DNA of 64,000 nt, from positions 124,001 to 188,000 of the forward strand of contig JAQGDQ010000089.1 of NCBI GenBank assembly GCA_030141605.1, written 5' to 3'. Made by a program: the position numbers and the translations under genes. The notes beneath the pieces are model-generated. The model did not search any database. It had not been told where the DNA came from and saw nothing but the letters and a program-made list of their open reading frames with translations. Shown here one piece after another: positions 31,325 through 64,000 of this stretch (positions within the stretch are counted from its first letter, which is position 1; each line of letters begins with the position of its first letter). The DNA is from Tubiluchus corallicola (Eukaryota; Animalia; Priapulida).

Positions 31325-34125
31325 ATAAAATGGGGACTGACTGAATACAGCTACCAAAACCTTCAGGAATGATTTTTAGGTCATTTTAACAACGTTGTGG
31401 ACATTTTTATAAATTTTGCATTTTGGACCGCTTTCGGGACACTGAAAGGTCACAAAATGGTCTTAATAATAATTTATTATATATTTAAAATGCATTAAAA
31501 TTAAAAATGGACAAGTGCATTTTACATACTTAAAATATTAACACATAAATAGTACATACACAATAGGCTGTTACAAATAAAACTAAAACCGTAACACATG
31601 TATATAAAAATCAGCCGTAATTAAATCTATTAAATCCATAAATATTAAATTTCTAATTAATTAAAAAGGCTTCTTAATAAAATGAATAGTAAGTTTTAAG
31701 GAATGATTTGAACTTTTGAACATTACTGATTTTACGTGCACGAATTGATAAATCATTCCATAATTTTGGTGCTGCTACGTTAAAACTATGAGAACCATAT
31801 GTGACTAGATTATATCGCGGTACAACAAAGTGTTGATCAATTAATTGATCTAAGATTGCGATTGGGCAGGTATGGCTTCAAAATATCAGATATAAGTGGC
31901 CAAATATAGGAGGGCGCTAAATCATTCAGAGCTTTGAATGTTAATAAGAGAATTTTGTATTTTATTCTGAAAGAAACGGGCAACCAGTGCAATTACATGA
32001 GAACAGGAGTTATGTGATCATATTTACGAGTGCCTGTAATAATTCGGGCCGAATTACTTCTACTTTTGAAGCTTATAACTACAAAACGTTCACAGATAGA
32101 CACTTGGGTACTATTAGTGACGAATAGGAACTTATATGTGATCTTTTATTTGGTAGTATGATTAGTGATCTTGGAACACACGAAATAGCCAAATTACGAC
32201 ATCGGTACCCTCTATCCATTTTGCAAAAATCAATAGTCTGTTCTATTAGCCGAAAAAAGGAGAACTGACTGGATACGGCTGCCAATCTTTCAGGAATGTT
32301 TATTTGCACCATTTTAACAGTCGTTTGGGCATTTCTATTAAATTTTTGCCGTTTGGCCCCGTCCCGGGACACTAACAGGTTGCGAAATTGTGCCTAGGAG
32401 TATGCACTTTGGAGACTTATAACTCCAAAACGCTCATAGATAGACACTTAGCTACTATTAGCAGAGATGAATAAGAAGTTATATGTGGGCTTTCACAAGG
32501 TAGTACGATTAGTAGTGACTCAGGAACACACGAAGTGGCCAAATTACGTCATTAGTACCCTCTAGCGATTTCACAAAATCAAATATTCAAAATCAAATAA
32601 TCAAAAATGTTACAAGAATGGGCAAAATCAGTAACTGATTACTAATAAACTACTGACATGAAAATTGTTTTAAACATTAAGTGACATCATATTATGACGT
32701 CATCTGTACCTTTATTACCGCTAATAATGACGTCATTAACCTTCTCGTTATAATGCAAAGGGAATCTGCATACGACTTACTTAATATCTCCGATCCAAGC
32801 AGCGACCCTTGCACAGTTAAGTGCAGTCCTAGTGTGCTTTTTTGCATGCACATCTTTTCTGCCAACTAACTTTGCAATTACATTTAATTAGAGTTTTGCA
32901 CGCAAATGACACCAAAGGCAGTGTTATCCAAATTGGTGTCCAATAATTCGCACTTTCCATCAATTTTCCAACCCCAGTATGCTGGTGATGGAGATTTTTG
33001 TTCAGGCTGTCGCTTGTCGCCCAAATACTGGCTAGATAAATAGAACGTTTTGTACGCTGGACTAGTGCATTCTGTGTAAGTTTCTAAGCTTTTGTTTTTC
33101 TTGCAAAATATTTTTTTTCGGGCATCATTTACACTAGCAAGATAGCGGACTTTGCCATAAAAAATACTGTGTATCTTTCAAGCTGCTGGAATTGTTCAGC
33201 AGAATTGTCTGTGCAAGGATTGGAAGCAATTTCAATACATTAGTAATTTGTGAGTGGCTGCTCCATGCTTCCCATGCTGATGCCTGGCCTCTGCCAAAAA
33301 AGCCGACACAGTGACGTACCATGTGAAAGCATGGAAAACTGGAAGTGCTGTACGCTTGTCTGCCAAGTTACCAACAAGTCGGTTTATATGAATCTCCTAA
33401 ATTTTTTTCGTGTACAAATGCTACCGACAAATTAACCGTGGAACAAATATTGCTTAGAGTGGTAAATTTTTCCGTAATTTGGCCACTTTATGTTCCTGGA
33501 TCACTACTACTAAATGAAAGCCCACATATAAATTCTTTTTCGTCCCCACTAATAGTAGCCAAGTGTCTATCTGAGGAGCGTTTTGGAGTTATAAGCATCC
33601 AAAGTGCATATTTCTGAGCAGTATTTCATGATCTTTTAATGTCTCGGGACAGTGGGCCAAAATGCAAAATTTTATGAAACTGAACAAAACACTGTTAAAA
33701 TAGTCAAAATAAACATTCCTGACAGTTTCACAGCCGTATCCAGTAAGTTCTCTTTTTTTCGGCTAATAGACCAGACTATTGATTTTGCGAAATGGACAGG
33801 GGGTACCGATGACGTAATTTGCACTTTGCATGTTCCTGGGTCACTAATCGTACTACCAAATGAAAGCCACGTATAAGTTCGTATTCGGCCTTGAATGTAC
33901 CCAAGTGTCTATCTGTGAACGTTTTAGAGTTATAAGCCTCCGGATAATAATTCCTCTATAAGTAGAGGAATATTTCGTGACCTTTTAGTTCCCGGAACAG
34001 CGGGCCACAATGCAAAATTTTACAAAAATGTCCATAACGCTGCTAAAGTGGTCTAAAGAAACAATCCAGAAAACTTGGTAGCTACATCCAGTCGGTCCCC
34101 TTTTTTCGACTAACAGACCGGACTA
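31325..34125. mobile_element. Non-autonomous Academ-type DNA transposon derivative with long inverted arms made of ~345-bp tandem units
   Basis: 32070-32560 is the reverse complement of ~33470-33940, and 31325-31460 of ~33970-34105. The right end reads TAGTCCGGTCTG on the minus strand. A transposase remnant lies in the centre. Confidence 0.75.
32770..33350 (-). pseudogene. Academ (XPG-like plus CXC/Cys8) transposase C-terminal remnant
   Basis: Frameshifted blocks in the expected order: LPVFHAFT...TVSAF/FGRGQASAWEAW (cf. HAFTGCDTVSAFFGRGK), QLERYTVF, SVNDARKKIFCKKNKSLE, TQNALVQ, PSPAYWGWK and RCACKKAH*DCT*LCKGRC. Confidence 0.8.
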
Positions 34126-35988
34126 TAGAGGTTAATTAAAGAGGAAATTTGGCTCTGCTTTGCACACATCGGAGCGAATTCAGTGAAATAAGAACTATCA
34201 TTGTTATACCTGATTCCACTGGCATCGTTAAGCTGCACAGTCTGGCCAGGCATGTTCAATTTTCCAGCCGTTTTGAAGGCATAGTAACTTGCAAGAAATT
34301 TGATATGTACTGCTTCAATACAGCACTTTGTTGGCAAACTTTACAATTGCTGACATAGCTAAAAAAAGATGGCATTGTCAGAGTGTTCAGAATTGAGCAT
34401 GAGGGAGTGTCTAATTCAGCAGCCAGGTGTGGAGCCGAATATTTCAGCAGTCAGGGTGGCTAAAAAACTGCACTGCAAAAAGTGTGCAAATCGGTAATTG
34501 CTTTTCATGCATTTCACGGTAGGTATCATCATTCCATTTAGCAATGAAAATAGTGTGCTACGTGTATATATGTGTTGAAGGAATAGTGTATAAAACTGTG
34601 AGTTTATGATACCTCAACCAGGCACAATCTTACAGTGCAAAGTTTGCAAATAAGAGTTTTGGCTAATAAAATAAGGTACTTCCACTGGGATTGTGCCCAA
34701 AATAAGTAAACTGTAGCAAAAGTATGGGAGATCACAGTGGGTAAAGAAAACAGATGAAACAATTGTGTTGTACTTGGTTAAGAAGAGAAGCATCACAGGA
34801 CCAGGGTTAGCAAACAGATGGGCAACAACTAGGAAAACTACTCATGGGTGGCAGATGAAAGCACTCCTGTATGGCTTTATCTGTCATGTTGCCTGTGCAC
34901 ATTTCTCTTGTTGAGAGAGAAGGTATAGAATCGTACGCATTTTTGAACATGATTAAGATATCTCTGTCAGTTTAGTTCATCATCTTACAGGATCACTCAA
35001 ATGCAGAGCCTGTTTTGAGGGTGCTCATATTGTGCAAATTAAAATGCTTTCTGTCATGAGAAAGTTACCAGGATTGAAACAACTGCACACAAATGTTAAA
35101 ATAAAGTTAAACTTATCACACAGTTTAGTGCAAACTCCTAGATACTCAAACATAATGTAACAAATTTAAGTTTACCATTTGGTTACTATTATTTAGATCT
35201 CCATGGTGGTGTCTAAACATCAAACTAGGGTAAAAACACTAACAAAAGCATTATTCTTGTTAATTAGCTAAGCTTTGGTTCTGGATAACCAATCATCATT
35301 AGGAACAGACCATGTCATGTGTACTGGCATAAGCAGATTTATGCGCACAGTGTACCAAACTGTTTAAAAAATAGGTAACGGCTCATTCACTGAAACAAAA
35401 TGACCGAATGAACAGCAAAGTCCTGAACTTGACTTGAATCACTTGCAGTTGAAAATCAGGGACATTGTCCAAGTGTAAAGTCACTTTACATTTGAAACTT
35501 TCAAGAGTAACAGGAATGGATTTGAGCTGAAACAAGCTGGTCTTCGTAGCATCAGATGAAATGCATTCATATTCCGGAAGATGTTTTCACTTTTCGCTTA
35601 CGAACCACATTCGATTTCATCACAATACTTGAAAGGTTAAAAACTCAGAAAGGTCAAAGTTCTTCAGGTGCAAACAAGATTTTGAGAAATCTAGAATTTC
35701 AAGTGTGATAGTCTTCATCTTGTTGATACTCCCAATCACTTTCATCTATTAGTTATCATTTCAGACCTGCTGCTGTTGCTGCTGCTCTTCTGTTTATCAG
35801 CAAATTGAGAACACAAATGACTCCTAGGGGGAATGGACACATCCATTTATTAACGAGGCAAATTGTTGTTTAACTTTTGTCCCAAAGCACATAATGTTAC
35901 AACTCAGGTATTCCCTCACAACACATCTACTGAATCAAAAAGTCTAAAGAGTTACACTGATGTTATGCTTTATTTCAGTGTTACAGGT

Positions 35989-63095
<27,107 letters not shown>

Positions 63096-64000
63096 GTAAG
63101 TAAGAAAACTGTCCATTGTGCATCAAACAAGAAATGCGTTTAGTTCTGTACTCAACTAATTCCGTTACAACCTCTTATCAAGAAAAGACTTTAACAAGAA
63201 TTGTAACATTAAGAAATCACAAAGTTAAACCTTTATCTGTAAGCAAGAGATGAATATCATAAGGGCTACTTGACTAAACTGTTTGGTATGTAAACACTTG
63301 GTACTTCTGCCTGCTCGCTTTGAGGGAGGACGAAAAAGCACCCAAAAATATTCATAAAAAAATTCAAAAAATCACGTTTGTTTCTTGAAGAACAAGGACA
63401 AAAAAACAAATATATTTTTAACACCCCTCTACTGCTTTGACATCTTTGTTATATTTACTACTTTCTGAATAAAAAGCAGAAAACTGGTCCTTATTAACTA
63501 CATCATAATTTAATAAATCATTACAGTTTATACATACGATATGGTCAAGTATAATCCTACTAATGACTGCAATATTGTTAAGTAAATGAATTCATCATTA
63601 CAGTCTAATTTCTTTAACCACAATTCTGCATTTTACAAGCTAGGATCAGCGCTCAGTGTTAAGAGTCACTAAATGTATATGTTGTGGCGGGACTGGAATC
63701 TAGCAAATTATCAAGGATAATCCTCTATGATCTGACACTGAACCGGCGAAGGTGTGTCAGTCACGTTTGGATGCTATCATGTGTCCACCGATGAATAAAT
63801 GAAGGCCGTGTAACAAATAACACCACCCAGAAGCAGTTTTCCTGGTGCACAGCCACCCATTTCCTGAGTCTATATCACACAACTTTGCAGCCAAACAAAC
63901 ACCCAACTATCTGCCTGATGCCTATAATGTCAAATCTTGTCTTGCAGAAATATACGTACCCGCCTGGATTTATTATTGGAAATGTCTCAACAGAAGAATT

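Noticed and set aside
32079-32372. Similar ORFs at 32079-32372 (-), 33345-33617 (+) and 33652-33876 (+) suggesting a small gene family
   Set aside because: They are translations of the inverted and tandem repeat units in the transposon arms.

Overview
Eukaryotic, AT-rich, intron-rich invertebrate genomic DNA, probably lophotrochozoan (inferred from gene and repeat content). I rebuilt four genes by hand from splice sites and reading-frame phase. (1) The 5' part of ELP2 (Elongator subunit 2, minus strand, 9 exons, runs off the left edge). (2) A complete ~1050-aa thymine DNA glycosylase (TDG/Thd1-like, minus strand) with an AT-hook, a PIP-degron and long extensions. (3) A PLCXD-family PI-PLC X-domain gene (plus strand), head-to-head with TDG. 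(4) A large axotactin-like neurexin/Caspr-family gene (plus strand, 31 coding exons here, runs off the right edge). Introns and intergenic DNA hold many decayed elements: CR1 and L2-type LINEs, a Gypsy 3' end, an Academ derivative with satellite-built inverted arms, several MITEs, tRNA-derived repeats and a palindromic twin-tRNA foldback element. There is no prokaryotic system or CRISPR array. The best leads are a candidate in-frame cassette exon inside the TDG catalytic domain, the twin-tRNA foldback element, the Academ derivative and the unusual TDG architecture. All family assignments come from recalled motifs, not database searches.
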